From sequence record MW822011: a DNA stretch of 64,000 bases. One strand, 5' to 3'. The first letter of the stretch is position 1, and each line of letters begins with the position of its first letter. This document shows positions 18,236-27,806 of the stretch, one piece after another. The notes under the pieces were generated by a model. The model saw only the letters and a program-made list of their open reading frames with translations. It did not search any database and was not told where the DNA came from. Position numbers and translations under genes: made by a program. The stretch is from Shigella phage TB004.

Positions 18236-19564
18236 ATGCAACTGAATAATCGCGATTTAAAAAGTATCATTGATAATGAAGCACTGGCTTATGCTATGTA
18301 CACGGTTGAAAATCGTGCTATTCCAAATATGATTGATGGATTTAAGCCAGTCCAACGATTTGTTATTGCTCGAGCTCTTGATTTGGCGCGAGGAAATAAA
18401 GATAAGTTTCACAAACTTGCTTCTATTGCAGGCGGTGTAGCGGACCTTGGATATCATCATGGTGAAAACTCTGCGCAAGATGCGGGGGCTTTGATGGCTA
18501 ACACTTGGAATAATAACTTTCCTTTGTTAGATGGTCAAGGAAACTTTGGTTCTCGTACCGTTCAAAAAGCAGCAGCAAGTCGTTATATTTTTGCTCGTGT
18601 AAGTAAAAATTTCTATAGTGTATATAAAGATACTGAATATGCTCCGGTACATCAAGACAAAGAACACATTCCGCCTGCTTTCTATTTGCCTATTATTCCT
18701 ACCGTTCTTCTTAATGGTGTTTCCGGTATTGCAACTGGTTATGCAACTTACATTCTTCCTCATAGTGTTTCTTCTGTCAAGAAAGCTGTACTACAAGCTC
18801 TTCAAGGAAAGAAAGTAACTAAACCGAAGGTAGAATTCCCAGAATTTCGTGGTGAAGTCGTTGAAATTGACGGTCAATATGAAATTCGTGGAACGTACAA
18901 GTTTACTTCACGAACTCAAATGAATATCACTGAGATTCCGTATAAGTATGATCGTGAAACTTACGTGAGTAAAATCTTAGACCCGCTTGAAGATAAAGGC
19001 TTCATTACATGGGATGATGCTTGTGGTGAGCATGGGTTTGGCTTCAAGGTTAAATTCCGTAAAGAATATTCTTTGAGCGATAACGAAGAAGAACGTCATG
19101 CGAAAATTATGAAAGACTTTGGATTGATTGAGCGTCGTTCTCAGAATATTACAGTCATCAACGAGAAAGGAAAGCTGCAAGTTTACGATAACGTAGTTGA
19201 TTTAATCAAAGACTTCGTTGAAGTTCGTAAAACTTATGTTCAAAAACGAATTGATAACAAAATCAAAGAAACTGAATCAGCATTTCGTTTAGCCTTTGCC
19301 AAGGCACATTTCATTAAGAAAGTAATTTCAGGTGAAATTGTTGTGCAAGGTAAAACTCGCAAAGAACTGACCGAAGAACTTTCTAAAATTGATATGTATT
19401 CTTCTTATGTTGATAAACTAGTTGGAATGAATATTTTTCATATGACTTCTGATGAAGCAAAGAAACTTGCTGAAGAAGCTAAAGCTAAAAAAGAAGAAAA
19501 TGAATATTGGAAAACTACTGATGTAGTTACCGAATACACTAAAGATTTAGAGGAAATCAAATGA
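18236..19564 (+). CDS. 52: DNA topoisomerase II medium subunit gp52 (442 aa)
   Basis: GyrA-like N-terminus with active-site Tyr region; length equals T4 gp52. Confidence 0.95.
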   Translation: MQLNNRDLKSIIDNEALAYAMYTVENRAIPNMIDGFKPVQRFVIARALDLARGNKDKFHKLASIAGGVADLGYHHGENSAQDAGALMANTWNNNFPLLDGQGNFGSRTVQKAAASRYIFARVSKNFYSVYKDTEYAPVHQDKEHIPPAFYLPIIPTVLLNGVSGIATGYATYILPHSVSSVKKAVLQALQGKKVTKPKVEFPEFRGEVVEIDGQYEIRGTYKFTSRTQMNITEIPYKYDRETYVSKILDPLEDKGFITWDDACGEHGFGFKVKFRKEYSLSDNEEERHAKIMKDFGLIERRSQNITVINEKGKLQVYDNVVDLIKDFVEVRKTYVQKRIDNKIKETESAFRLAFAKAHFIKKVISGEIVVQGKTRKELTEELSKIDMYSSYVDKLVGMNIFHMTSDEAKKLAEEAKAKKEENEYWKTTDVVTEYTKDLEEIK

Positions 19565-19710
19565 GTCCATTCATTGGTATTACAAGCGCGGCATTAGTAT
19601 CTGGTAGCATTTTACTAGCGGGTTTAGGTGTTGTTCCAGCCGTAGCAGGAGGTCTTCTTGCATTCGGAATTCAACGTGTTATCATGATAGTTATCACAGT
19701 CATGCAGTAA
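19561..19710 (+). CDS. small hydrophobic protein (49 aa), not in ORF track
   Basis: MSPFIGITSAALVSGSILLAGLGVVPAVAGGLLAFGIQRVIMIVITVMQ; ATGA overlap with gene 52. Confidence 0.4.
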   Translation: MSPFIGITSAALVSGSILLAGLGVVPAVAGGLLAFGIQRVIMIVITVMQ

Positions 19711-19713
19711 TTT

Positions 19714-19731
19714 TAGGGAGAGCCTCGGCTC
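19714..19731 (+). terminator. short hairpin (possible terminator or RNA-processing element) preceding the motA promoter repeat
   Basis: agagcctcggctct. Confidence 0.3.
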
Positions 19732-19733
19732 TA

Positions 19734-19764
19734 CCAAAGCATACTGTGGTACTATACAACTATC
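19734..19764 (+). repeat. 31-bp promoter/leader repeat upstream of motA, identical to 36776-36806 inside gene 32
   Basis: ccaaagcatactgtggtactatacaactatc. Confidence 0.7.
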
Positions 19765-19796
19765 AACTACTGATACAGAATTACGGAGATTAGAAA

Positions 19797-20432
19797 ATGT
19801 CTAAAGTAACTTACATCATCAAAGCTTCTAACGATGTTCTGAATGAAAAAACTGCTGCGATTTTAATTACCATTGCTAAGAAAGATTTCATTACAGCTGC
19901 AGAAGTTCGTGAGGTGCATCCAGATTTAGGTAACGCAGTAGTTAATAGTAATATTGGGGTATTGATTAAAAAAGGCCTGGTGGAGAAATCTGGTGATGGA
20001 TTAATCATTACAGGTGAAGCTCAGGATATTATTTCAAATGCAGCAACTTTATACGCGCAGGAAAATACTCCGGAACTACTGAAAAAACGAGCAACTCGTA
20101 AAGCTCGCGAGATTACTTCTGATATGGAAGAAGATAAAGACTTTATGTTAAAACTTTTAGATGAAAATGGATTTGTTCTTAAAAAAGTTGAAACTTATCG
20201 TAGTAACTATCTCGCTATTTTAGAAAAACGCACTCACGGAATTCGTAATTTTGAAATTAATAACAATGGAAATATGCGAATTTTTGGATACAAAATGATG
20301 GAACATCATATTCAGAAATTTACTGACATCGGTATGTCATGCAAAATCGCTAAAAATGGTAATGTGTATCTTGACATTAAACGCTCGGCAGAAAACATTG
20401 AAGCAGTAATCACCGTAGCATCTGAACTGTGA
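19797..20432 (+). CDS. motA: middle-transcription activator MotA (211 aa)
   Basis: N-terminus MSKVTYIIKASNDVLNEKTAAILITIAKKDFITAAEVREVHPDLGNAVVNSNIGVLIKKG; length equals T4 MotA. Confidence 0.95.
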   Translation: MSKVTYIIKASNDVLNEKTAAILITIAKKDFITAAEVREVHPDLGNAVVNSNIGVLIKKGLVEKSGDGLIITGEAQDIISNAATLYAQENTPELLKKRATRKAREITSDMEEDKDFMLKLLDENGFVLKKVETYRSNYLAILEKRTHGIRNFEINNNGNMRIFGYKMMEHHIQKFTDIGMSCKIAKNGNVYLDIKRSAENIEAVITVASEL

Positions 20433-20442
20433 GGAATAAATA

Positions 20443-20772
20443 ATGAACAAGTTAGAAATTATCAATGAACTTCGTCGTTGTGCAGAACCCACTCAAGAGG
20501 GGTGGGACATCTGGTACCATGGAGCTTATCTTGGAACTATCGTAAAGATTAAGACTGGTAAATACATGATTATTCGTGAAAGTAAAGATGCTCCAGTAGG
20601 TATTCGCAATAATTTCATGGCAGCGATAAGTTCCTTTACGGATTCAGCTTACGAAATTTACCTTGCTGATTATAAAGAATTTCAGGAATCTCAACCAGTT
20701 ATTCGTTCAATTGGCGTTAACAAAGCTCAACAGAAAACTTTGTGGCAGCGTATTAAAGGATGGTTTAAATGA
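20443..20772 (+). CDS. hypothetical protein (109 aa)
   Basis: ORF track. Confidence 0.5.
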   Translation: MNKLEIINELRRCAEPTQEGWDIWYHGAYLGTIVKIKTGKYMIIRESKDAPVGIRNNFMAAISSFTDSAYEIYLADYKEFQESQPVIRSIGVNKAQQKTLWQRIKGWFK

Positions 20773-21230
20773 AAACTTTTAAAGAACGTTTAGCTCTGTT
20801 AGATAAAGCTTTGTCACGTGAGACCCCAGAAAGTTTGGCTGCTAAATTAGCTTCTTACAGTGGTGAATACACAGAACAAAATGTTTTAGATGAAGTTCCT
20901 GAAATCTGTTGGCAGACCGCATACTGGGATGAAAACCAAAAGTACCAACGACGGATTGTTTGCGCAGCCAACCGTTTTAAATTAAAAGATGGACGAACTC
21001 TTGTTATTCCAGGTGCTCGTCATTATTCTAAAGATATGGCAGCAGTTTTAGATGTAGTTAAACCTCAATTAGTTACTCAGCAAGTTTGTGATGATGACCA
21101 AGGGTTTATTGACCAATATAGTAATTATTGGACACGTGAAGAAGCAATGATTATTGCAACTTACGCTGGACAAGTACGTATTGAACGTGGTGGTAGTGAA
21201 AAAGAACTTTACTCTGAGGACCTTTACTAA
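20769..21230 (+). CDS. hypothetical protein (153 aa)
   Basis: ORF track; ATGA overlap. Confidence 0.5.
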   Translation: MKTFKERLALLDKALSRETPESLAAKLASYSGEYTEQNVLDEVPEICWQTAYWDENQKYQRRIVCAANRFKLKDGRTLVIPGARHYSKDMAAVLDVVKPQLVTQQVCDDDQGFIDQYSNYWTREEAMIIATYAGQVRIERGGSEKELYSEDLY

Positions 21231-21526
21231 TGAATATTAAAAAGTTTCAAATTGATGGAATTATGAATCAAATCCAGGCACTGGAATATGCCAATAAAAT
21301 GATGTCAACTAATTGGGGAATTTATACCAATGAACCGGGATTTAAGTTCTGCGATATGGAATTCACTAAAAAGCTCGTAGGAAAAGATTATGTATGTCCA
21401 TTTAGTTCTCCAGTAAATGGAATGTTAAAACCTGCTTTACGCGATCTTTATATTGCGATGAACGAAGAAATGATAAAAGAACTAAAACGTCAACTGAAGG
21501 TGATTCAATTTGGCCAGGGAAATTAA
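21230..21526 (+). CDS. hypothetical protein (98 aa)
   Basis: ORF track. Confidence 0.5.
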   Translation: MNIKKFQIDGIMNQIQALEYANKMMSTNWGIYTNEPGFKFCDMEFTKKLVGKDYVCPFSSPVNGMLKPALRDLYIAMNEEMIKELKRQLKVIQFGQGN

Positions 21527-21728
21527 TTCAAAATCCGATTATTTTAATTCTCTCAATGATAAAGATAAAAATCTAATACGGCATTTTATCGTTGAGATGG
21601 GATATACTGACACACGTGATTTAAGAGAACATATATTTGAATGTGGTGTAGCTAAAAAGTTTTCATTCACATGCAAATGTTTAAGAGAGGTAATTCAGCA
21701 CTATGAACAATTTAGTCGCAAAACATAA
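21510..21728 (+). CDS. doubtful ORF (TTG start; first in-frame ATG at 21597)
   Basis: ORF track only; no SD or ATG at the annotated start. Confidence 0.2.
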   Translation: MAREINSKSDYFNSLNDKDKNLIRHFIVEMGYTDTRDLREHIFECGVAKKFSFTCKCLREVIQHYEQFSRKT

Positions 21729-21811
21729 TTTTAATAAAGCTTCTGTTCATAAAGATAAGAAGAAAGCGTTTAAAGAATCTAATCACAAACAGAAACATAA
21801 GGGGAAGGTCT

Positions 21812-22090
21812 ATGATTATTGATTCTCAATCTGTGGTTCAATATACAATCAAAATTGACATTCTAGAAAAGCTATATAAGTTTCTACCAAATTTATACCA
21901 CTCAATTGTCAATGAATTAGTTGAAGAACTACATCTTGAGAATAATGATTTCTTGGTTGGAACTTATAAAGATAACTCAAAGGCGGGATATTTTTATGTA
22001 ATTCCAGCTCCAGGAAAAAGTATTGATGATGTATTAAAAACTATAATGATTTATGTCCATGATTACGAAATTGAAGATTATTTCGAATGA
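21812..22090 (+). CDS. arn: anti-restriction nuclease Arn (92 aa)
   Basis: length and position match T4 arn; acidic DNA-mimic-like composition. Confidence 0.85.
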   Translation: MIIDSQSVVQYTIKIDILEKLYKFLPNLYHSIVNELVEELHLENNDFLVGTYKDNSKAGYFYVIPAPGKSIDDVLKTIMIYVHDYEIEDYFE

Positions 22091-22239
22091 GTCATAATCT
22101 TGAAATGGTAATCGAGCATAATGTAGCTCAGGAACGTGAGTTGTTCAAGGAATTCGTAGAAAAAATTTTTGAAGAAAATAACACAGACCAGTTTACAAAT
22201 CAAACGTCTGATGATATTATAATAAAGTCAACTAATTGA
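22087..22239 (+). CDS. hypothetical small protein (50 aa), not in ORF track
   Basis: ATGA overlap with arn; MSHNLEMVIEHNVAQERELFKEFVEKIFEEN. Confidence 0.35.
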   Translation: MSHNLEMVIEHNVAQERELFKEFVEKIFEENNTDQFTNQTSDDIIIKSTN

Positions 22240-22251
22240 GTGGTATAGTTA

Positions 22252-22524
22252 ATGAATAAAAACATTGATACAGTTCGTGAAATTATTACTGTTGCGTCTA
22301 TTTTGATTAAATTTTCCAGAGAAGATATTGTTGAGAATCGTGCTAATTTTATTGCATTTCTGAATGAGATTGGAGTAACGCATGAAGGTAGAAAGTTAAA
22401 TCAGAATTCATTCCGTAAAATTGTTTCTGAATTAACCCAAGAAGATAAGAAAACCCTCATCGACGAATTCAACGAGGGTTTTGAGGGTGTATATCGATAT
22501 CTAGAGATGTATACAAACAAATAA
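22252..22524 (+). CDS. asiA: anti-sigma-70 factor AsiA (90 aa)
   Basis: MNKNIDTVREIITVASILIKFSREDIVENRANFIAFLNEIG matches T4 AsiA as I recall it. Confidence 0.95.
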   Translation: MNKNIDTVREIITVASILIKFSREDIVENRANFIAFLNEIGVTHEGRKLNQNSFRKIVSELTQEDKKTLIDEFNEGFEGVYRYLEMYTNK

Positions 22525-23181
22525 TTATTTAGCCCTTCCTAATATTCTGGCCGCCTGAGAACATATTGATTCAAGGCGGTCATTACTTATATGATCATTT
22601 CTATACCAGTACATGGTTATTGTTCCAGCATAGATGTTATCCAAATTAAAATATGGACAACTGTACATGTAATTTATTTCGGGAGTAGGCTTTTTAGTTG
22701 GTAAAAAAGCAAATTTTGAGTTGGAATAATAATGACGTCCATTTAAATGAACTGTATATTCATCCATAGTTTTATCAACAGGATATCCTCCAAGTGATTT
22801 TTCACTTATTGTTGAAGGTAATTTTCCTTCATATGCTATAATATCAACAAAATAGTTTAAGTTTTTAGGGCGGAAAGAATACACCGCACTAAAGTCTGCC
22901 TCAGATGATATGTGAACTATCTGGAGTTGTTCCAGGGCGACAGATTCAAAGCGTGCATTTCTTTCCTTTTCAATAATTTCACTGTATGTTTCATACTTTG
23001 ATTGCTTATAGTACTCAAAGAAACTATCTCCCCTATACCAAACAATCGCCATTATAAACAAAAGAATTACGACAGCTACTCGGGAAGCAAGAACCTTCCC
23101 GGTAGCATTATCTTTGAACAAGCGATCTAGAACACCCAACAGAATATCAGAGGGCGAAAATGATATTCTAGGTGCTGCCAT
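22525..23181 (-). CDS. t: holin T (218 aa)
   Basis: length equals T4 holin; N-terminal TMD and large periplasmic domain; adjacent to gene 38. Confidence 0.9.
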   Translation of the reverse strand: MAAPRISFSPSDILLGVLDRLFKDNATGKVLASRVAVVILLFIMAIVWYRGDSFFEYYKQSKYETYSEIIEKERNARFESVALEQLQIVHISSEADFSAVYSFRPKNLNYFVDIIAYEGKLPSTISEKSLGGYPVDKTMDEYTVHLNGRHYYSNSKFAFLPTKKPTPEINYMYSCPYFNLDNIYAGTITMYWYRNDHISNDRLESICSQAARILGRAK

Positions 23182-23199
23182 AGACCCTCCTTTTAAGGA

Positions 23200-23207
23200 T
23201 ATTTATT
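23200..23207 (-). promoter_or_regulatory. possible late promoter for t (AATAAATA on the coding strand)
   Basis: near match to late consensus TATAAATA. Confidence 0.3.
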
Positions 23208-23211
23208 CAAA

Positions 23212-24003
23212 TTATACTCTTGCACCATATATTGTACCAACTTTAGTCCAAGTTGGAGCATTACCAGTAACAGCTTTACCCGCAGCACCACCCGAGTGAA
23301 CAGTTCCTCCAGTACCACCTTGAATATGTGAAGATTTGCCAGCAGCTCCCAAATCTCCACCATTTCCTCCATAGTGAACCCCAGAAACAGTACCTTTACC
23401 AGGAGCAGAAATTGTACCAGCAGATGCTGCCGCGGCACCGCCTCCAGCTTTACCTGCTGCACCAAATGGACGACCTCCGCCACCTCCAAATATCATATCC
23501 ATTTGAGGGAAAGGATGGTATCTAGCACCAGCGCCGCCGCCACCACCACCACCGATAATACCATTATTGTTTATTCTTAAACGAGTTCCAATTCCGTTAT
23601 TTATTGCAGTTCCTCCTGCTCCACCAGCAGAGTTACTTCCGCCATTTCCTCCTCGACCTAATACATGAACCCCGCTATTAATATTTAAGGTAACGTATGC
23701 ATTAGTTAATGAGCTAGGAAAATCTAAGCATGGAACACCAGTAGATTGAGAAACAATATTTCCTGTAATAGTAACAACAACAGGAGTACTACCTTGAGAT
23801 TTGAGATAATTTATTAGCGTGTCTTTATTATAAGAATTGCTAGCACCAATACTGTAATATACTTCTTTAGATTGTCCAGCCATTGAGCTCATCCAACCGG
23901 GAACTGAAACACGAACTGCTTTCATTGCAGCATCCATCCAGCGTTGTCCAGTTTCATTCACGGCAGATTCACCAATCCAGCCAGGAACACCTACAATTGC
24001 CAT
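23212..24003 (-). CDS. 38: gp38 receptor-recognising adhesin, T2 type (263 aa)
   Basis: N-terminus MAIVGVPGWIGESAV; multiple polyglycine motifs separated by variable segments; immediately downstream of gene 37. Confidence 0.85.
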   Translation of the reverse strand: MAIVGVPGWIGESAVNETGQRWMDAAMKAVRVSVPGWMSSMAGQSKEVYYSIGASNSYNKDTLINYLKSQGSTPVVVTITGNIVSQSTGVPCLDFPSSLTNAYVTLNINSGVHVLGRGGNGGSNSAGGAGGTAINNGIGTRLRINNNGIIGGGGGGGAGARYHPFPQMDMIFGGGGGRPFGAAGKAGGGAAAASAGTISAPGKGTVSGVHYGGNGGDLGAAGKSSHIQGGTGGTVHSGGAAGKAVTGNAPTWTKVGTIYGARV

Positions 24004-24014
24004 TAAAAATCCTT

Positions 24015-24032
24015 AGAGGGCCGAAGCCCTCT
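24015..24032 (-). other. UUCG-tetraloop hairpin in the 37-38 intercistronic region
   Basis: mRNA sense AGAGGGCUUCGGCCCUCU followed by aaggauuuuuaAUG. Confidence 0.5.
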
Positions 24033-24033
24033 T

Positions 24034-27000
24034 TTACATAAGTTTAGATTCAAGTTCTTTTACACGAGCAGAAAGTGTTTTCACAGCTTCAACCAGAAGA
24101 GCAATCTGGGCTTGAGAAGAAACAGTGAGTATTTTATTACCCTTACTGTCTTCTGTTTCACGGACAGCTTCTGGTAAAACGTCTTGCAACGTTTGAGCCA
24201 CAATACCCGCTTCAGTTTCAATTGCCTCTCCACCGATGTATTCAGCTTTATCGTAAATGACACCGTTAAGTTTTTCAACTTTATCAAGTGCGTTTTCGAT
24301 AGGTTTAAAGTTGGATTTTAAACGAATATCAGAACGAATATAAACGTTTGGAGCATTTATATTTTTGTATGAGTACAAATCACCGTTTTGGAAACGGAAT
24401 ACTTGTGCGCTGTTCGCATATATGTCTAATAATCCATCGCCATTTTGCTTAATACCAGTATCATTATCACCAAATGTTATACTGTTTCCACCAAGAGAGT
24501 TTGATGTGTTAATACCAAATGAATTTATTTGAGTAACACCACCCACAGTAGCATTATTTACTACAAAGCGGTTAGCTCCACCTGGAGTCTTTTCAAAGTA
24601 AGCAATATAGTTAGTTTCATCTGCAATTTCAATGCGGTTACCGCGAGAAGCATCGCCAGCATGAAATATTCTCATATTTCTCGGGTTAGCACCTGATTTA
24701 TCAAAGTTAATAGAACCGTTATCTTTGACGTTTATGCTATTATAGAATAAAGCAGCGCTGCGAACAGCTATGCCATTATTCATCATCACTTCGCCGGTTG
24801 TTAAGTTAATTGCAAAAGGACGCTTACTATTCCAATCACCATTAACAGTTGCTGCGCCATCGGTGGCATTTTTATCTGTAAACAGAATATAAAAACTGCC
24901 GCCATCATTTCGTAGCATTGTAGCAACAGAACCAGTTTTATCGCCATTGCTTCTGATACGAATACCGGTTTGGCTATTAATAGCTATTTCAGAATCGGCT
25001 TCATAACGCTTAACTTTACCACGATCAACCAAGTTATTAAGAACATTAGCAACTTGACCGTTAACTGCTGTATCTGGGAGAGCATCTACAGGCGACTGCG
25101 TAGATGAGTTAATACCAATAACGCTAACAGTAGCATTTTCGGTACATGACCATTCACAAACTAGTTGATTACAATATGTTCCAGCATAAACATAAATGTC
25201 ATATGTATTTCCAGAGACATTGTTAACTGCAATATTTCTAAATGCTGCGCTATACATTCCAGTTGTTCTTGTGTATAATACAGCATTTAAGTCAGAAGGT
25301 CTTTCATTACTAGTACGTAAAACAATTTCAGCAATATTACATTGGGTGAATAATCCGCTATTAAATCCAGAACCTCCAACTATTTTAAAGAAGACTGTTG
25401 AAGTGGATTGTGGCATTGTTACTGTTGCAAACTTATACCATCCAGCAGTTGCTCCATAAGTAATAAATCCAGAATTAACTTTACGATTTAACGTGGTATT
25501 TAAGTTGGCAAAGTTTCCTGAACCATTGGTAATATTACCGTCAGTTCTTAGTTGGGCATTTCCGACTTTAAGAGGCTTAGTAATATCGACAGAATCAGAG
25601 TTTAATGCAATACCGTGGGAATAGGTATAGTTATGTAAACGAACAACGTTACCACCGTCACCAATACCCAAATACCATTTAGGCACATCAGCCTTACGTC
25701 CTTGGATAAAGTTAGACGCTGCTTGAGAAGAAGCATTCAAAACAATACCGTCGGAATCCATGTTAACACGAAAACGAACATCAGTTTGTACTAATTTAGA
25801 AACGTTATCAACCGTGAAAAGGTTTTTACCCGCTTGAGCATGGTTACCCATTACAACGGAGCCAGTTCCAAGGTTAATACTGAATGGTCTTATATCGGTT
25901 ATTCCACCGCTTTCGCCTTGGTTAATGGGTGTAGGAATTATATACAAGGAATCTTCTGAACGACGGAAAATAGCACCGTATTTAGCGTTCCAAATACGGA
26001 AGTTATCTGCGGTGCCACCGACCTTTAATTCGCCGTTTACTGACATGCCATTATTAACACTCAAAGAAGATTCGGTTGTAATAGAACCAGAAGCAACAAT
26101 ACTGCCTGAAGTCAATAAACCACCATTAACTCGGAGTTGAATAGGGCCGACAGTCGAACCAGGTGCAGGAGCTACGCGTTGAGAATAAAAATGGTAACCT
26201 TGCCCATCAGCTACTTCAAAAACGGTTTCACGATTACGATCACCAGATGCGTTAAATGCATTACCCCATGCTTTAACAGTTACATAACTCTTATTCTGAC
26301 CTGGGCGGGTACCGCCTTCCCACACTATAGATTTAGTGCCGTCAATACCTGAAGCTGCTTTAAAAACTAGAGAAGCATTAGTTCCATCACCATTAAAATA
26401 TAATCCATTATTAAGTTTTAATGTTTGAACAGAAGCGATTGTACCGTCGGCTCGTAAAGATAATGTGTTTGAGCCAGTTTTAATGTCTAAAATACCTGGC
26501 TCAACAATTAAACCTTCTGCCATACTAACTGACATACGGCCCCGGCCACGGAAATAGTGATACATTTTAGAATTACTGTTATAACCGATATGAGTTTGAC
26601 CATCGCCGTTATTATTACCATCAATATCGGTGCGTGCAGTAAACATTGCTTGGTTGTTATTTGGGAAATCCCAAGTAGAACCGGAATCTCGACTATAACC
26701 AACCATCAATTTTTTAGTACTATTAATACCATTATTCAAAATGGTAGCGGTTGAAATACCGTTAGCCATTAAGTCAATAACGCCATCGCGGACCCATTTA
26801 ATACCGGTATCGTTATCGCCAATCGCAATACCAATAGAAATTGCAGAATCAAGTGGATAACGGCCATTTGTACCACTATCAGGAAGACCTACTGAAATAG
26901 ATTTACCTGCGGTAATACGTCCAGTGGTATCAAATGCCCACTGGAAAGACGAAGGTCCTACGCCGGTCCACCAAGAAATTTCTTGTGGTTTTCCCGAACG

Positions 27001-27798
27001 ACAATCAACAATTTCATGGAAAATACTTGATGCACTTGATGCACGTAATTTACGCAAATAGTTCAATCCATTTGTAGTATTGTCGGAACCATCTGCCGGT
27101 GGGTTATAAACCCAGGTAGGTAAAGAAACAATGTCATAACCCGTGTCATTATTCGGTATAAAGGTTTTAGAACTCAGGTTAATATTTTTTGTATTGACGC
27201 GCGGTGCAGAAACAAATCCAGTTGCCGAGTTAATATTGCCTGATGCAGAAATATTACCTGCACGGACTTCAATACTGCCATTATCTACAATAAAACTACC
27301 GTTACGATTAAAAGTCCAATATTTTGAATCACCAGATTCATTGATATATTGAATTTTAAAACTACCTTCGTTTACTAACGTACCAACAGAAAAAGTTCCA
27401 TCTTTATAGCGTTGTTTAATTAGCGGATGGTATTCTGAAGTAGAAGTCGTTGAACTCAAATCGGTAAAGATAGGAGCTTTATTTTTATGTTGGTTTGCCC
27501 AAGCACCATTACCAGCAGTTTTAGGTAAAAATTCAATATATTTTCCTGCATAAACAAACTGGTTTCCATTAAGATTATATGTTCCATTTTGTAAATAATC
27601 ACCAGTTTGAGTGATATTACCACTGATATTACCGCCAGCGGAAATGCTTAAGTCAATGATATTTCCCGAATCATCTTTAGTAAAAAGTGTTCTATCTTTT
27701 AAGTTTATAGCCAATTCACCTTCGGCTAATACTGAAGCAGCAGGACGTGCACCTGCGGTTTTGCTTCTTTTAAATTGTATTTGTTTTAAAGTAGCCAT
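24034..27798 (-). CDS. 37: long tail fibre distal subunit gp37 (1254 aa) with C-terminal intramolecular chaperone/autoprotease domain
   Basis: size and position in the 34-35-36-37-38 operon; C-terminal SDIRLKSNF ... motif. Confidence 0.9.
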   Translation of the reverse strand: MATLKQIQFKRSKTAGARPAASVLAEGELAINLKDRTLFTKDDSGNIIDLSISAGGNISGNITQTGDYLQNGTYNLNGNQFVYAGKYIEFLPKTAGNGAWANQHKNKAPIFTDLSSTTSTSEYHPLIKQRYKDGTFSVGTLVNEGSFKIQYINESGDSKYWTFNRNGSFIVDNGSIEVRAGNISASGNINSATGFVSAPRVNTKNINLSSKTFIPNNDTGYDIVSLPTWVYNPPADGSDNTTNGLNYLRKLRASSASSIFHEIVDCRSGKPQEISWWTGVGPSSFQWAFDTTGRITAGKSISVGLPDSGTNGRYPLDSAISIGIAIGDNDTGIKWVRDGVIDLMANGISTATILNNGINSTKKLMVGYSRDSGSTWDFPNNNQAMFTARTDIDGNNNGDGQTHIGYNSNSKMYHYFRGRGRMSVSMAEGLIVEPGILDIKTGSNTLSLRADGTIASVQTLKLNNGLYFNGDGTNASLVFKAASGIDGTKSIVWEGGTRPGQNKSYVTVKAWGNAFNASGDRNRETVFEVADGQGYHFYSQRVAPAPGSTVGPIQLRVNGGLLTSGSIVASGSITTESSLSVNNGMSVNGELKVGGTADNFRIWNAKYGAIFRRSEDSLYIIPTPINQGESGGITDIRPFSINLGTGSVVMGNHAQAGKNLFTVDNVSKLVQTDVRFRVNMDSDGIVLNASSQAASNFIQGRKADVPKWYLGIGDGGNVVRLHNYTYSHGIALNSDSVDITKPLKVGNAQLRTDGNITNGSGNFANLNTTLNRKVNSGFITYGATAGWYKFATVTMPQSTSTVFFKIVGGSGFNSGLFTQCNIAEIVLRTSNERPSDLNAVLYTRTTGMYSAAFRNIAVNNVSGNTYDIYVYAGTYCNQLVCEWSCTENATVSVIGINSSTQSPVDALPDTAVNGQVANVLNNLVDRGKVKRYEADSEIAINSQTGIRIRSNGDKTGSVATMLRNDGGSFYILFTDKNATDGAATVNGDWNSKRPFAINLTTGEVMMNNGIAVRSAALFYNSINVKDNGSINFDKSGANPRNMRIFHAGDASRGNRIEIADETNYIAYFEKTPGGANRFVVNNATVGGVTQINSFGINTSNSLGGNSITFGDNDTGIKQNGDGLLDIYANSAQVFRFQNGDLYSYKNINAPNVYIRSDIRLKSNFKPIENALDKVEKLNGVIYDKAEYIGGEAIETEAGIVAQTLQDVLPEAVRETEDSKGNKILTVSSQAQIALLVEAVKTLSARVKELESKLM

Positions 27799-27806
27799 AA
27801 GTCCTC

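Noticed and set aside
22522-22527. Abutting convergent stop codons of asiA and t (TAA then TTA)
   Set aside because: Real but probably just compact genome organisation; not reported as a separate finding.
23193-23580. ORFs of 61-98 aa on the + strand overlapping gene 38 (23193-23489 minus-frame, 23328-23525, 23374-23580)
   Set aside because: Shadow ORFs generated by the glycine-rich, GC-skewed coding sequence of gp38; no SD, no independent support.
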